Positions 10,314-19,840 of a stretch of 47,652 nucleotides of DNA are shown here, one piece after another. Position 1 is the first letter of the stretch; each line of letters starts with the position of its first letter. A program made the translations under genes and the position numbers. Below the pieces are notes generated by a model. It did not search any database. It was not told the DNA's origin and saw nothing but the letters and a program-made list of their open reading frames with translations. Origin of the DNA: Anaerohalosphaeraceae bacterium (GTDB lineage Bacteria > Planctomycetota > Phycisphaerae > Sedimentisphaerales > Anaerohalosphaeraceae); assembly GCA_050309605.1 (NCBI GenBank), contig JBNRMN010000030.1, forward strand, positions 1 to 47,652, given 5' to 3'.

Positions 10314-11306
10314 TCAAATTTCATTTTGCTCGGTCGTTGACTCGATCTCGTTTGGCCAAGACAAATGGTTCGGCTTCGGTATGTCCTGAATAGGAACGGG
10401 TGCGCGGCCCTGCGGTTCGGTCCGGTCGTCAGCCGCCTCATCGACGGCCGGCTCCGGCCGGCTGTCATCGGCTTGCGGTACTTCTTCGACCGGTCGGGCC
10501 GACGATTCCTGCACGCCGTCTTCGTCTTCGAGCCGATCGGCATAAATGGCCTTTTGCACCGCCTGTTCAGCCGGTTCAGCTGTCAGCGGCTTGAGCAGAA
10601 TCGTGCCCGCACCTTCCGGCTGCTCGGCCCATACCAGGCGGTTGCGCACCAGCTCAAGAATCCCCAAAAACAGCCCGATCATCACCAGCCGATTACGGCG
10701 TCCTTCAAACAGTTTTTTCATCGACATCGGTCCTTCACTTTGAAGCCGATGCAGCACTTCAATTTGATACAGATCAATCGGGGTATCGTCTTTGATATGA
10801 TCAAAACGGGCGGTATGGCCGGTCGCCTTCATAATGCCGTCAAAGGCCTCCAGCAGCGTCCAGATGCTGACCTGGTCAAGGTCCACTTCCGGCTCCTCAG
10901 AAGGCTTGAGCTTTTCAAGAATAGACGGCGGACGGGTGTAGCGCTGCTGTCGGGTTTGGGCCGATTCGTCCAGCAGGTTGGCGGCGTCTTTGAACCGTTT
11001 GTATTCGAGCAGTTGACGCACCAGCTCGGCGCGTGGGTCCTCGATGCCGCCTTCCTCCTGCGGGCCGTCCTCGCTGCGCGGCAGCAGCATCGCCGACTTG
11101 ATTTCCATCAGTGCCGCGGCCATGACCAGAAAATCGCCCGCCAGATCAATATCCAGCGCCTGGAGCATCTCGATATACTCAATGTACTGAGCCGTAATGC
11201 GGGCAATCGGAATGTCGTAAATATCGACTTCTTCTTTGCGCACCAGGTACAGCAGCAAATCCAGCGGTCCGGCAAAGACGTCCAGATGGACCCGATATTC
11301 ACTCAT
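10314..11306 (-). CDS. scpA: Segregation and condensation protein A (kleisin), with acidic C-terminal tail
   Basis: FAGPLDLLLYLV, DIPIARIT.QY, FLVMAA.L.EIKS.MLLP, FLGILELV. Confidence 0.93.
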   Translation of the reverse strand: MSEYRVHLDVFAGPLDLLLYLVRKEEVDIYDIPIARITAQYIEYIEMLQALDIDLAGDFLVMAAALMEIKSAMLLPRSEDGPQEEGGIEDPRAELVRQLLEYKRFKDAANLLDESAQTRQQRYTRPPSILEKLKPSEEPEVDLDQVSIWTLLEAFDGIMKATGHTARFDHIKDDTPIDLYQIEVLHRLQSEGPMSMKKLFEGRRNRLVMIGLFLGILELVRNRLVWAEQPEGAGTILLKPLTAEPAEQAVQKAIYADRLEDEDGVQESSARPVEEVPQADDSRPEPAVDEAADDRTEPQGRAPVPIQDIPKPNHLSWPNEIESTTEQNEI

Positions 11307-11584
11307 CGCCCGTTCTCCGGCTGTTCGGCTTGGTCTGGCCCCTGATCATCCTGATCCTCTTCATAGACGGCGGCCCGGCTGAGCACCGCCCTGGCCCGCT
11401 CCACATCGCTTTCAAAGACCTGCACATCCACCGTTATCACAGTCGGATACGGCATATTGACCGCCAAATCCAGCCCGGCCAGCGTGCAGGCGATGCCCTC
11501 GTTTTCCAGCGCCAGTTTGGCCACTTCCGCATCGAAACCGGTTTCATAACGGGCAATCGTAACGAGTTTTTCATGTTCACGCAT
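11303..11584 (-). CDS. DUF2007-like putative signal transducing protein
   Basis: EKLVTIARY...AEVAKLALENEGI...VQVFESDVERARAVL. Overlaps the trpS stop and the scpA start (coupled). Confidence 0.75.
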   Translation of the reverse strand: MREHEKLVTIARYETGFDAEVAKLALENEGIACTLAGLDLAVNMPYPTVITVDVQVFESDVERARAVLSRAAVYEEDQDDQGPDQAEQPENGR

Positions 11585-12554
11585 TTCGTTTTTTCCCCAG
11601 CCCGACCGCGTCGCGCACGCGCTGCATCGTCTCGGCGGCCACCGCACGCGCCCGCTGCGCACCCTGCGTGAGCACCTGCTCGACATAATCGGGATTGTGT
11701 TCGAGGTCCTGTCGTTTTTGGCGGTAGGGACGAAAATAATCGCACAGCAGTTCCGCCACACGTTTTTTTACCGTGCCGTAACCCACACCGCCGGCGCGGT
11801 ATTTCTGTTCCCACTCGGCCAGTTCGGACTCGTCGGCTGCGAGCCGCAGCAGTGCAAAAAGCGCACACTTATCCGGGTCTTTGGGGTCTTCTACGGGTGT
11901 GGAGTCGGTGACGATGCGCATCACTTTTTTGCGAAGGGTCGCTTCCGGCTCAAAAATCTCAATGGTGTTGTTGTAGCTTTTGCTCATTTTGCGGCCGTCC
12001 GTGCCCGGCACGACTGCGACGGATTCGAGAATTTGCTCCTCCGGAATTACAAAGGTCTGCCCGTACTGGGCATTGAATTTGAGTGCAATATCGCGGGTCA
12101 CCTCGATATGCTGCTTCTGGTCGGCTCCGACCGGCACCAGTTGACTGTCAAACATCAGGATGTCGGCCGCCTGCAACACCGGATAGGCAAACAGGCCGTG
12201 ATTGGGCGAGAGCCCCTGAGCGACCTTGTCCTTGTAACTGGTGCACCGCTGAAGCAGCCCCAACGGTGTTACGCACGACAAAATCCACGCCAACTCTGTT
12301 ACGTCCGGCACATCCGACTGACGCCAGAACACCGTCTTTTCCGGCTCCAGCCCCAGCGCCAGATAGTCCATCGCCACCTCCCGCGTCCGCGCGGCCAAAT
12401 CGGCCGGCGCCGGATTGCTCGTCATCGCATGATAATCGGCGATAAAATAAAACCCCTCATGATCGGTCTGCAATGCCAGATGCTGACGCATCGCGCCGAA
12501 ATAATTACCGATATGCAGCTTGCCTGACGGCTGAATTCCCGATAATATTCGCAA
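11577..12554 (-). CDS. trpS: Tryptophan--tRNA ligase
   Basis: SGIQPSGKLHIGNY (HIGH), YPVLQAADIL, VPVGADQKQH and KMSKS. Start probably TTG 12554 after GGAGG (alternative GTG 12566). Confidence 0.97.
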   Translation of the reverse strand: MRILSGIQPSGKLHIGNYFGAMRQHLALQTDHEGFYFIADYHAMTSNPAPADLAARTREVAMDYLALGLEPEKTVFWRQSDVPDVTELAWILSCVTPLGLLQRCTSYKDKVAQGLSPNHGLFAYPVLQAADILMFDSQLVPVGADQKQHIEVTRDIALKFNAQYGQTFVIPEEQILESVAVVPGTDGRKMSKSYNNTIEIFEPEATLRKKVMRIVTDSTPVEDPKDPDKCALFALLRLAADESELAEWEQKYRAGGVGYGTVKKRVAELLCDYFRPYRQKRQDLEHNPDYVEQVLTQGAQRARAVAAETMQRVRDAVGLGKKRNA

Positions 12555-12593
12555 ATTGACCTCCACAATAAAAATGGCTTATGTGAACGCATA

Positions 12594-12622
12594 AAAGTAC
12601 CATTCCGAACCGCAAAAGTCAA
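12594..12622 (-). promoter_or_regulatory. Putative promoter of the trpS operon
   Basis: Minus strand TTGACT-17 bp-TACTTT. Confidence 0.55.
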
Positions 12623-12715
12623 CCCGTTACCCGTATTCGGCGACAGTCATCGCCTTTTGATTTAGAGACCACAAATGTCTTTATATGAAATCGCAAAGTT
12701 GCCTCTATATTTTTC

Positions 12716-12790
12716 TTGACGAAACGGCATAAATCGGTATGATTATTGTATCCTTATCTATTAGCGAGATCATATACATCTTGTTATGAT
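12716..12790 (+). promoter_or_regulatory. Tandem putative promoters for the rny leader/ncRNA
   Basis: TTGACG-16 bp-TATGAT (12716-12743) and extended -10 TGtTATGAT (12782-12790), immediately before the structured region. Confidence 0.55.
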
Positions 12791-12795
12791 AAAAT

Positions 12796-13151
12796 GTCGG
12801 GAATTCCGGTTCAGGTGGTCCGTTTAATCACCTGCCGGTTGATGCAATTTGCCGAAAGCAGGTTGTAAGCAGAGCTTCAAGAACATCGATCTTTTTCGAT
12901 GGGGCGAGAGGCGGTTAAAGCAAAAAGATGTCCGCCAAGTCCAAAAATCGACAAAATCGATGAAAATGGTCAGATGAATGATGGGACGATAAGCCATTAC
13001 GGCGGTGTGACACTGTGAAAACGTTGTCAGTTTGGGATCGACCCCCAAAGGGAACCGATGGTAAAATGCTGTAAACAGTTCGAATGTCGGAGGTTACAAA
13101 CCGCACGCCGAAACCGATGGATCGGCCAGCGCGGGTTTTGTTTGTCCTGAC
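12796..13151 (+). ncRNA. Candidate large structured RNA / rny 5' leader (family not recognised)
   Basis: No credible CDS. About ten consecutive hairpins, two with GAAA-containing loops. The ends GTCGGGA/TCCTGAC can pair, and the region begins about 6 nt after a -10 box. Confidence 0.55.
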
Positions 13152-13266
13152 TTGATAACGTCCATTGTTTGTCCATTTCTTGTTTTTCTGCTGGAGTGCC
13201 GTTTCCCCTGCTTTGGCAAATGAAGATACTCTATCCAATCTGCCAAGAAGGGAAGGTTAAAACGAA

Positions 13267-14847
13267 ATGGACATGATTGCTCAAGCGAATGGGCAAATGG
13301 CGGTGTTATGGATTTTCCTCGGCCTGCTTGTCGGCGGCATTCTGGCTGTGGTCATCCAGCAAATCATCATCAAGACACGCGCCAAAGCCTTTGAAGAAGA
13401 ACTGAACGCTCGCGTAGAAACGGCCCGCAAACAGGCCGAGACCATCATCAAAGAAGCCAAACTCGACGCCGCGGCCGAGATGATGAAAAAACGGGAGCAA
13501 TTTGCCACTGAAACCGCCGCCAAAGAAAAAGAGCTTCGAAATCAGGAATTGCAGCTTTCCAAACGGGAAGATGCCCTTGATCGGCGAAATGAACAGCTCT
13601 CGCAGCGGGAGCGAAAGGTTAATGAAAGCGAAAAAGACCTTGCACGTCAACTTCAAAGCTGCCAGGACAAAAATCGCGAATTGAACTCGCTGCTGAGCCA
13701 GCAGAAAAACCAGCTTCTCAAAATCACCTCGCTGAATATGGAACAGGCCCGCGAACTGCTGCTCGAGCGTCTGGAAGATGAATGTCAGCGCGAGATGAGC
13801 CAGCTCATCCAGCGCAAAGTCGCTCAGGCCGAAGAGCAGGCCGAAGAAAAATCCAAAGAAATCATCAATCTGGCGATCCAGCGGTACGCCGCCGAGCAGA
13901 CCTGCGAAATCAGTGTCTCGATGGTGGATATCCCTAATGATGACATGAAGGGTCGCATTATTGGGCGGGAAGGCCGCAATATCCGGGCGTTTGAAAAGGC
14001 CACCGGCGTCGATGTCATTGTCGATGACACGCCGGGTGTGATCGTGGTCAGCGGATTTAATCCGGTTCGCCGGGAAGTGGCGCGGCTGAGTATGGAGCGG
14101 CTGATTCAGGACGGACGCATCCACCCGACCCGCATTGAAGAAGTCGTCAATCAGACCAAAAAAGATGTACACAGTCGGGTTATTCAGATTGGCAAAGAAG
14201 CCGCTGAGGAAGTGGATGTCCGCGGTCTGAATAATAAGATCATCGGTATGCTCGGCGCGCTGCATTACCGCACCAGCTACGGCCAAAACGTGCTGCGGCA
14301 CAGTGTGGAAGTGGCGTTTTTGGCCCAGGTCATGGCCGATGAGCTGGGACTGGACGGGACCATCGCCAAACGCGCCGGCCTGCTGCACGACATCGGCAAG
14401 GCGATGGACCGCGAAATCGAAGGCGGCCATCCGGACATCGGGGCCAATTTCCTGCGACGATTTAAGGAATCGCCGATTATTCTGAACGCCGTGGAAGCTC
14501 ACCACGGCGATATTCCGGCCGACAATCCCTATACGCCGTTGATCGCCGCGGCCGATGCCATCAGTGCGTCGCGCCCGGGCGCTCGACGCGAAACCCTTGA
14601 GCGCTACATCAAGCGGTTGGAGAAACTGGAAGATATCGCCGGTGAATTTGACGGTGTGGAAACCAGCTATGCGATTCAGGCCGGCCGCGAGGTCCGCGTG
14701 ATTGTCGATGCCCAGAAAATCAGCGACGATGCCGCGTATAAAACCGCACGCGATATTGCCAAAAAAATCGAAGAAGAAATGACCTATCCCGGCGAAATCA
14801 AAGTCACGCTGCTGCGCGAGGTGCGGTGTATCGAATATGCGCGGTGA
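13267..14847 (+). CDS. rny: Ribonuclease Y
   Basis: N-terminal TM, coiled coil, KH domain ([14 protein letters not shown]), HD domain ([35 protein letters not shown]). Confidence 0.97.
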   Translation: MDMIAQANGQMAVLWIFLGLLVGGILAVVIQQIIIKTRAKAFEEELNARVETARKQAETIIKEAKLDAAAEMMKKREQFATETAAKEKELRNQELQLSKREDALDRRNEQLSQRERKVNESEKDLARQLQSCQDKNRELNSLLSQQKNQLLKITSLNMEQARELLLERLEDECQREMSQLIQRKVAQAEEQAEEKSKEIINLAIQRYAAEQTCEISVSMVDIPNDDMKGRIIGREGRNIRAFEKATGVDVIVDDTPGVIVVSGFNPVRREVARLSMERLIQDGRIHPTRIEEVVNQTKKDVHSRVIQIGKEAAEEVDVRGLNNKIIGMLGALHYRTSYGQNVLRHSVEVAFLAQVMADELGLDGTIAKRAGLLHDIGKAMDREIEGGHPDIGANFLRRFKESPIILNAVEAHHGDIPADNPYTPLIAAADAISASRPGARRETLERYIKRLEKLEDIAGEFDGVETSYAIQAGREVRVIVDAQKISDDAAYKTARDIAKKIEEEMTYPGEIKVTLLREVRCIEYAR

Positions 14848-14874
14848 GTCAGAGGTCAGAGGTCAGAGGTCAGA
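14848..14874 (+). repeat. Heptamer tandem repeat (GTCAGAG, about 4 units)
   Basis: gtcagag-gtcagag-gtcagag-gtcaga directly after the rny stop codon. Confidence 0.8.
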
Positions 14875-14888
14875 AAGTGCGGTTTTAG

Positions 14889-15740
14889 ATGAAGATTAAT
14901 GTGCTTTGCGTGGGCGATGTGGTCGGTCGCCCCGGACGTCGAATCCTGGCGCAGAAACTCGGCGGTGTGGTGCGGGAACTGGACGTTGACTGCGTGATTG
15001 TCAACGCCGAGAATGCCGCCGGCGGCTCGGGTCTGACGCCGCAGATATACGACAAATTGTGCAAGTACGGCGTGCACCTGATTACCCTCGGCGATCACTG
15101 CTATCGCAAGCGTGAGATTATCCCGACGCTCGAAGCCCAAAACAACATCATCCGCCCGGCCAATTTGTCGCCAAACTCCGCGGGTAAAGACGCCGCCGTG
15201 TACCACACCGCCAAAGGCGTCAGCGTCGGTGTGGTCACCCTGATCGGACGCATTTATATGAAGCCGGCGGACTGCCCCTATGCCAAAATTGATGCGATTT
15301 TGCCGCGGCTGCGCAATGAAGCGGATGTGATTTTTGTGGAGATGCACGCCGAGGCCTCCAGCGAAAAGGTCGCCATGGGCTATTATCTGGACGGCAAGGC
15401 AAGCTGTGTCTTCGGCACGCATACCCACGTGATGACCGCCGACGAACGCATCCTGCCCAAAGGCACCGCCTGCATCACCGACATCGGCATGACCGGTGCC
15501 CACGACAGCGTGCTCGGACGCAACCCCGAAAGCGTTGTCAAGGCCTTTCGCACCCAAATGCCGTTTCCGTTTGACATTGCCACCCGCGACGTGCGAATCA
15601 ATGCCATCCTCGTTACCGTGGATTCCCGCACCAAACGAGCCGAACAGATTCGCCGACTGGTCATTGCCGAAGACGCCGACAGCGACGCCCTGGCCTACGA
15701 CAGCGACGACGGCCGTCCGGATTACTGCAACGGCTTTTGA
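14889..15740 (+). CDS. ymdB: YmdB/TIGR00282-family metallophosphoesterase
   Basis: GDVVGRPG, NAENAAGG, TLGDH, RPAN, HAEASSEK, GTHTHV, TDIGMTG; canonical position after rny. Confidence 0.92.
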   Translation: MKINVLCVGDVVGRPGRRILAQKLGGVVRELDVDCVIVNAENAAGGSGLTPQIYDKLCKYGVHLITLGDHCYRKREIIPTLEAQNNIIRPANLSPNSAGKDAAVYHTAKGVSVGVVTLIGRIYMKPADCPYAKIDAILPRLRNEADVIFVEMHAEASSEKVAMGYYLDGKASCVFGTHTHVMTADERILPKGTACITDIGMTGAHDSVLGRNPESVVKAFRTQMPFPFDIATRDVRINAILVTVDSRTKRAEQIRRLVIAEDADSDALAYDSDDGRPDYCNGF

Positions 15741-15855
15741 CATTGCCGGCGGGCGACGAATGTCAATGTAAGGGCCGTTATTGGTTCGATACAATGTTTA
15801 CCGTCTGTCGAGGGGCGCACGCCGGCTGATGCGACAATGAGCGGCTGAACCTGTA

Positions 15856-16680
15856 TCACTGCCAGGGGCGGTAATACTGCATGGCTTCGGGCAGTGATTC
15901 CTCGATATAGCGAATGCGTGTGGTATCGGCCGGGTGGGTACTGAGCAGTTCGGGCGGGCTTGGGCCTTCTTTGGCCGCGGCCATTCGCTGCCAGAAATCC
16001 ACCGCCGCACGGGGATCGTAACCGGCCATGGCCATAAAAATCAGGCCGAGCCGGTCGGCTTCGCGTTCGTGCAGTCGACTGTACGGCAGCAAAACACCGA
16101 TTTGGGCGCCCAGCCCGTAGGACTGCATAAACAACTGCTGCGTGGTCTCGGGGCGGGTCTTGACCGCCTCAGACAGCGCGATGCCGCCCAGCTCATACAG
16201 CAGGCCCTGGCTCATCCGCTCGCTGCCGTGACGGGCCACGGCATGGGCGATTTCATGGGCCAGCACCACTGCCAGCCCCGCGTCGTCCTGCGTGACGGGC
16301 AGAATGCCGGTATAGACTACCACCTTGCCGCCGGGCATACACCAGGCATTGATCTGGTCGTCTTTGATGACGTTGAACTCCCACTGAAAGCCTTCCACAG
16401 CCCCGGCCATATTGTTTTCCCGGCAGTATCGCTCGACCGCTTCGGCCAGCCGATAGCCGACGCGCTTGACCTGATCGATCTGGACCGGATCGGTGCTTTG
16501 GGGGTGTTCATTCAAAAAGGTGGTGTATTCCTGAAGCGCCATGGAATTGACCATTGAATCGGGAACGAGATTAAGCTGCGTTCGACCGGTGATGGCCACC
16601 TCGCCGCAGCCGGCCAGCAGCGGCGGGAGCATGCCGATCATCAGAATAACAGCCATACGAGCGGAGGTGGTCATTGTCAT
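15856..16680 (-). CDS. M48-family zinc metallopeptidase, lipoprotein
   Basis: Lipobox LLAGC, NAWCMPGGK, HEIAH (HExxH), YSR.HE.EAD, LSTHP. Start ATG 16680 after GGGAG. Confidence 0.92.
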   Translation of the reverse strand: MTMTTSARMAVILMIGMLPPLLAGCGEVAITGRTQLNLVPDSMVNSMALQEYTTFLNEHPQSTDPVQIDQVKRVGYRLAEAVERYCRENNMAGAVEGFQWEFNVIKDDQINAWCMPGGKVVVYTGILPVTQDDAGLAVVLAHEIAHAVARHGSERMSQGLLYELGGIALSEAVKTRPETTQQLFMQSYGLGAQIGVLLPYSRLHEREADRLGLIFMAMAGYDPRAAVDFWQRMAAAKEGPSPPELLSTHPADTTRIRYIEESLPEAMQYYRPWQ

Positions 16681-16715
16681 ACTCCCTGACTCCGGTTTCT
16701 GAATACAGAACGGTA

Positions 16716-17081
16716 TCAACGATGGTACAAAACGGAAGCGGGGACGAAGTAGATGACAAATTCGCCCTGGGCCAATTCGATGCCGACCCGCTTAAAGCCT
16801 TCGACAACTTCGGACGTTGGAAAGAACTCGAACGTATCGCCGCGTCTGAGCGATTCAGTTCCCAGCAGAACGCCCGTTCGCTGTTCGACCAGATACACCA
16901 CGCCCGCTTCCGGTGCGGCATAACGAATCTGGTAGCCTCCTCCGACACGATATTCGTCGCCGGGAATCCCGCCCGGACCAAACAGCTCATCGGAAGACGC
17001 TTGAAATGTTTGACAGCCGGACAGAATGAGCATCAAAAATGCCGTTAACGCCAAACCAGACCCAAAATATGTCGATTTCAT
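16716..17081 (-). CDS. Hypothetical lipoprotein
   Basis: Signal peptide with lipobox ILSGC, SD AGGAG, and upstream TTGACT-17-TATGGT. Confidence 0.75.
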   Translation of the reverse strand: MKSTYFGSGLALTAFLMLILSGCQTFQASSDELFGPGGIPGDEYRVGGGYQIRYAAPEAGVVYLVEQRTGVLLGTESLRRGDTFEFFPTSEVVEGFKRVGIELAQGEFVIYFVPASVLYHR

Positions 17082-17208
17082 AATCGTTCTCCTGACTGTC
17101 GTTCCTAATCAACATTACCATACCGTATGCCGCCGGCGAAGTCAACAGTTGTTTTGACATCAGACAATAACCAAACTACACCAGCCGAGCCGCGGTCGGA
17201 TTGCGATA

Positions 17209-17315
17209 CGTACAATAGCCGAGCCGCGCGAGCGGCCGGATAATGTTGCGACTTGCAAAACGTCCCATTTATCCGCATCCCGTATCGGGCGGCTCGCGCC
17301 GCCGCGCTGTTGTGC
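17209..17315 (-). repeat. Inverted, diverged copy of the REP/REPIN-like element at 1-230
   Basis: Its reverse complement matches window positions 1-109 with a few substitutions and indels (e.g. GACTTGCAAAACG, ATCGGGCGGCTCGCGCCGCCGCGCTGTTGTGC). Confidence 0.85.
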
Positions 17316-17332
17316 CGCGCTGGTGCGTCGCG

Positions 17333-18244
17333 TTATTGGGATTGTCGTCGGAGGGTAAACACGTTGATCTGGCCGGGGCAATTAAAGCGAACCGGCACGC
17401 CGGAAGCGCCCGCCCCGCCGCTGGTGTAGCCGAGCATCTGATCGTGCCGCCACAGGCCGCGGATGCACTTGCGCGGCGCGGCGGCCGAATAGACCACCGC
17501 CCTGCCGCCGGGCAGACAGATTTGCCCGCCGTGGGTGTGGCCGGTCAGATATAAATCAAAGCCTTTGGCCGCGGCCTGGGCGTATAACTCCGGCGAATGG
17601 GCCAGCAGCACCTTGAAATCACCCCCGTTGACTCCCTCCATCGCCACGTCCAGATCGTGCGCCATAAAATAATGACAATCGTCCACACCGACCAGCCGAA
17701 GCGACTGCCCCCGGTGTTCGATGACGGCGTTTTCATTCAGCAGCAGCGTTACCCCGCAGCGGCGCAGCACCTCGGCCAGCGGCGAATAGTCATGGTTGCC
17801 GAAAATGGCATAGACCGGACTGCGTTCACACAGGGCACGGGCGATCCGCTCGGTCCGCTCGGCGGCGATGTCGGTGATGTGATGATCAAAACAGAAGTCC
17901 CCGCCCAATACGGTCATATCCCGCTCAACATCGGCGGCAATCTCAAGAACACGCTCCAGCAGTCCGTCAATCCGGTCGAAATGCAGATCGGAAATCCACA
18001 AAATACGGAACCCGTCAAACGCCTCCGGCAGCCGCTTGAGGGGCAATTCCTGATAGGCAAGCTTAACATTCAGGACGTTGTCAAAGCCGCGTTTATACTG
18101 GCCGCACAGTTTCAGCAAGGCCGCCAAAACCGGCTCCATAAACGACAGGTTTTCCCAGCGAAGCCACCACAATCGGCCGCGGCGAATGGCTCGTTTGCGA
18201 TCTTGACGCTCAACGGATAATCGTTTTTCGGATACAGGACGCAC
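17333..18244 (-). CDS. Calcineurin-like metallophosphoesterase (YkuE-like)
   Basis: ISDLH, GGDF, GNHD, LAHSP and GHTHGGQI motifs. Confidence 0.9.
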   Translation of the reverse strand: MRPVSEKRLSVERQDRKRAIRRGRLWWLRWENLSFMEPVLAALLKLCGQYKRGFDNVLNVKLAYQELPLKRLPEAFDGFRILWISDLHFDRIDGLLERVLEIAADVERDMTVLGGDFCFDHHITDIAAERTERIARALCERSPVYAIFGNHDYSPLAEVLRRCGVTLLLNENAVIEHRGQSLRLVGVDDCHYFMAHDLDVAMEGVNGGDFKVLLAHSPELYAQAAAKGFDLYLTGHTHGGQICLPGGRAVVYSAAAPRKCIRGLWRHDQMLGYTSGGAGASGVPVRFNCPGQINVFTLRRQSQ

Positions 18245-18360
18245 GCATCTTCTCCTTTGATTTTTCAGGAAAATGCATTATACTTATACGTTTGCAAAAT
18301 ACCAGACGAATACGAAACAAAATCAACGCAGAGGCGATCCGGAGTGTTGGCGCGACCCTT

Positions 18361-19758
18361 ATGGAATCCAAAAAAATACACATAAAAAGTTTTGGCTGTC
18401 AGATGAACAAGCTGGATTCGTCGCTGGTGACCGCGGCGCTGGCCGAGCGGGGCTTTGTGCTGACGGACAAGGCGAGCGAGGCGGACGTGGTGCTGATCAA
18501 CACCTGTTCGGTGCGGGAGCACGCCGAGGACCGGGTGCTGAGCCATCTGGGGCATCTGACTCATCTAAAAAAATCACGTCCCGCCCTGCTGGTGGCGGTC
18601 ATCGGATGTATGGCCCAGCGAATGGGCAACGAGCTGCTCTCGCATGAGGCGGTGGATATTGTCGCCGGGCCGGGACAGCTTCACGACGTGCCCGATCTGA
18701 TCGAACAGACCCTGGCTGACCGGCAAAAGCACCTTTGCGTGCTGGACAATATCCGTCAGCCGGCGGCCAGTGAAACGATCCGCACCCTCAGCGACCGACT
18801 GGACGAATTCGAGCTGGCCTACGACTCGGACGCCAATCACATCAAATCGCAGGCCTTCATTCGGGCAATGCGGGGGTGCAACAATTTCTGCACCTACTGC
18901 ATCGTGCCGTATGTGCGCGGGCCGGAGGTCTCCCGTTCGCCGCAGGCCATCGTCGAGCAGGCCAAAAAACTGGCCGACCGGGGCATTCAGCAAATCACCC
19001 TGCTGGGCCAGACCATCAACGCTTATCGCTACACCGCCGGCGACAAGACCTACACGCTGGCGGATTTACTCGAACAGGTCAGCGCCATTGACGGTGTGCG
19101 ATGGGTGCGGTTTATCACCAGCCATCCGGGCCAGTTCGATGCGTCGATTTTGCAGGTGATGGCGGATCTTCCGAAGGTTTGCCCGTATCTGCATATCCCC
19201 GCCCAGAGCGGCTCGGATCGCATCCTCAAGGCGATGAATCGCGGCTACACCGCCGGACGCTACCTGGATCTGATCGACCAGGCCAAAGCGACCGTGCCGA
19301 ATTTGGCACTGGCCGGGGATTTTATCGTGGGCTTTCCCGGCGAGACGGAGGCCGATTTTGAGGCGACCGAGGCGATGATCCGCCGGGTTCGCTACAAAAA
19401 CTGTTTTGTGTTCAAATACTCGCCGCGTCCCGGTACCCGCGCCGACCAAAAATTGGCTGACGATGTGCCGGCCGAGGTCAAACAGCGTCGCAACGCCCGT
19501 CTGCTGGAGGTCATCAGTGCCATTGCTGAAGAGGACAATCGCGGTTTTCTCGGCAACACACTCACTGTGCTGGTCGAAGGTCCCAGCAAAAAGCCCCATC
19601 TCAACAAAGCCGACCACCAGGACAACCCCCAGCTCATCGGCCGCACGGCCAACGACTATATTGTCGTCTTCAACGGCCCGGAATCCCTGACCGGACAATT
19701 TGCCGACGTCAAAGTCACCCAAACCGCCGCCCTGACGCTGTTTGCCGAGCTGATCTGA
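18361..19758 (+). CDS. miaB: tRNA-2-methylthio-N6-dimethylallyladenosine synthase
   Basis: FGCQMN..DS, NTCSVREHAE, GCMAQ, radical SAM CNNFCTYC, DFIVGFPGET, FKYSPRPGT, C-terminal TRAM domain. Confidence 0.93.
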   Translation: MESKKIHIKSFGCQMNKLDSSLVTAALAERGFVLTDKASEADVVLINTCSVREHAEDRVLSHLGHLTHLKKSRPALLVAVIGCMAQRMGNELLSHEAVDIVAGPGQLHDVPDLIEQTLADRQKHLCVLDNIRQPAASETIRTLSDRLDEFELAYDSDANHIKSQAFIRAMRGCNNFCTYCIVPYVRGPEVSRSPQAIVEQAKKLADRGIQQITLLGQTINAYRYTAGDKTYTLADLLEQVSAIDGVRWVRFITSHPGQFDASILQVMADLPKVCPYLHIPAQSGSDRILKAMNRGYTAGRYLDLIDQAKATVPNLALAGDFIVGFPGETEADFEATEAMIRRVRYKNCFVFKYSPRPGTRADQKLADDVPAEVKQRRNARLLEVISAIAEEDNRGFLGNTLTVLVEGPSKKPHLNKADHQDNPQLIGRTANDYIVVFNGPESLTGQFADVKVTQTAALTLFAELI

Positions 19759-19803
19759 TCAGACTCGGGTTTTTTGGCAAATTTCGCCGATTTATCTTTA
19801 CCA

Positions 19804-19832
19804 TTGAACACCGGCAGGTGTTGGAGTACACT
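19804..19832 (+). promoter_or_regulatory. Putative promoter of the tsaC fusion/rpiB operon (near-leaderless)
   Basis: TTGAAC-17 bp-TACACT ending 8 nt before ATG 19841; no SD. Confidence 0.45.
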
Positions 19833-19840
19833 CTTCGGAT

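Noticed and set aside
12796..13151. tmRNA, RNase P RNA, SRP RNA or T-box as the identity of the structured region
   Set aside because: It lacks tRNA-like GGGG...CCA ends, the GAGGAAAGTCC RNase P signature and the SRP GGAA-loop motif. It is oriented away from trpS and has no T-box consensus.
12824..13238. Short minus-strand ORFs (74 aa, 107 aa) in the trpS-rny gap
   Set aside because: No SD or recognisable motifs, and the hairpin density and promoter orientation favour a plus-strand RNA.
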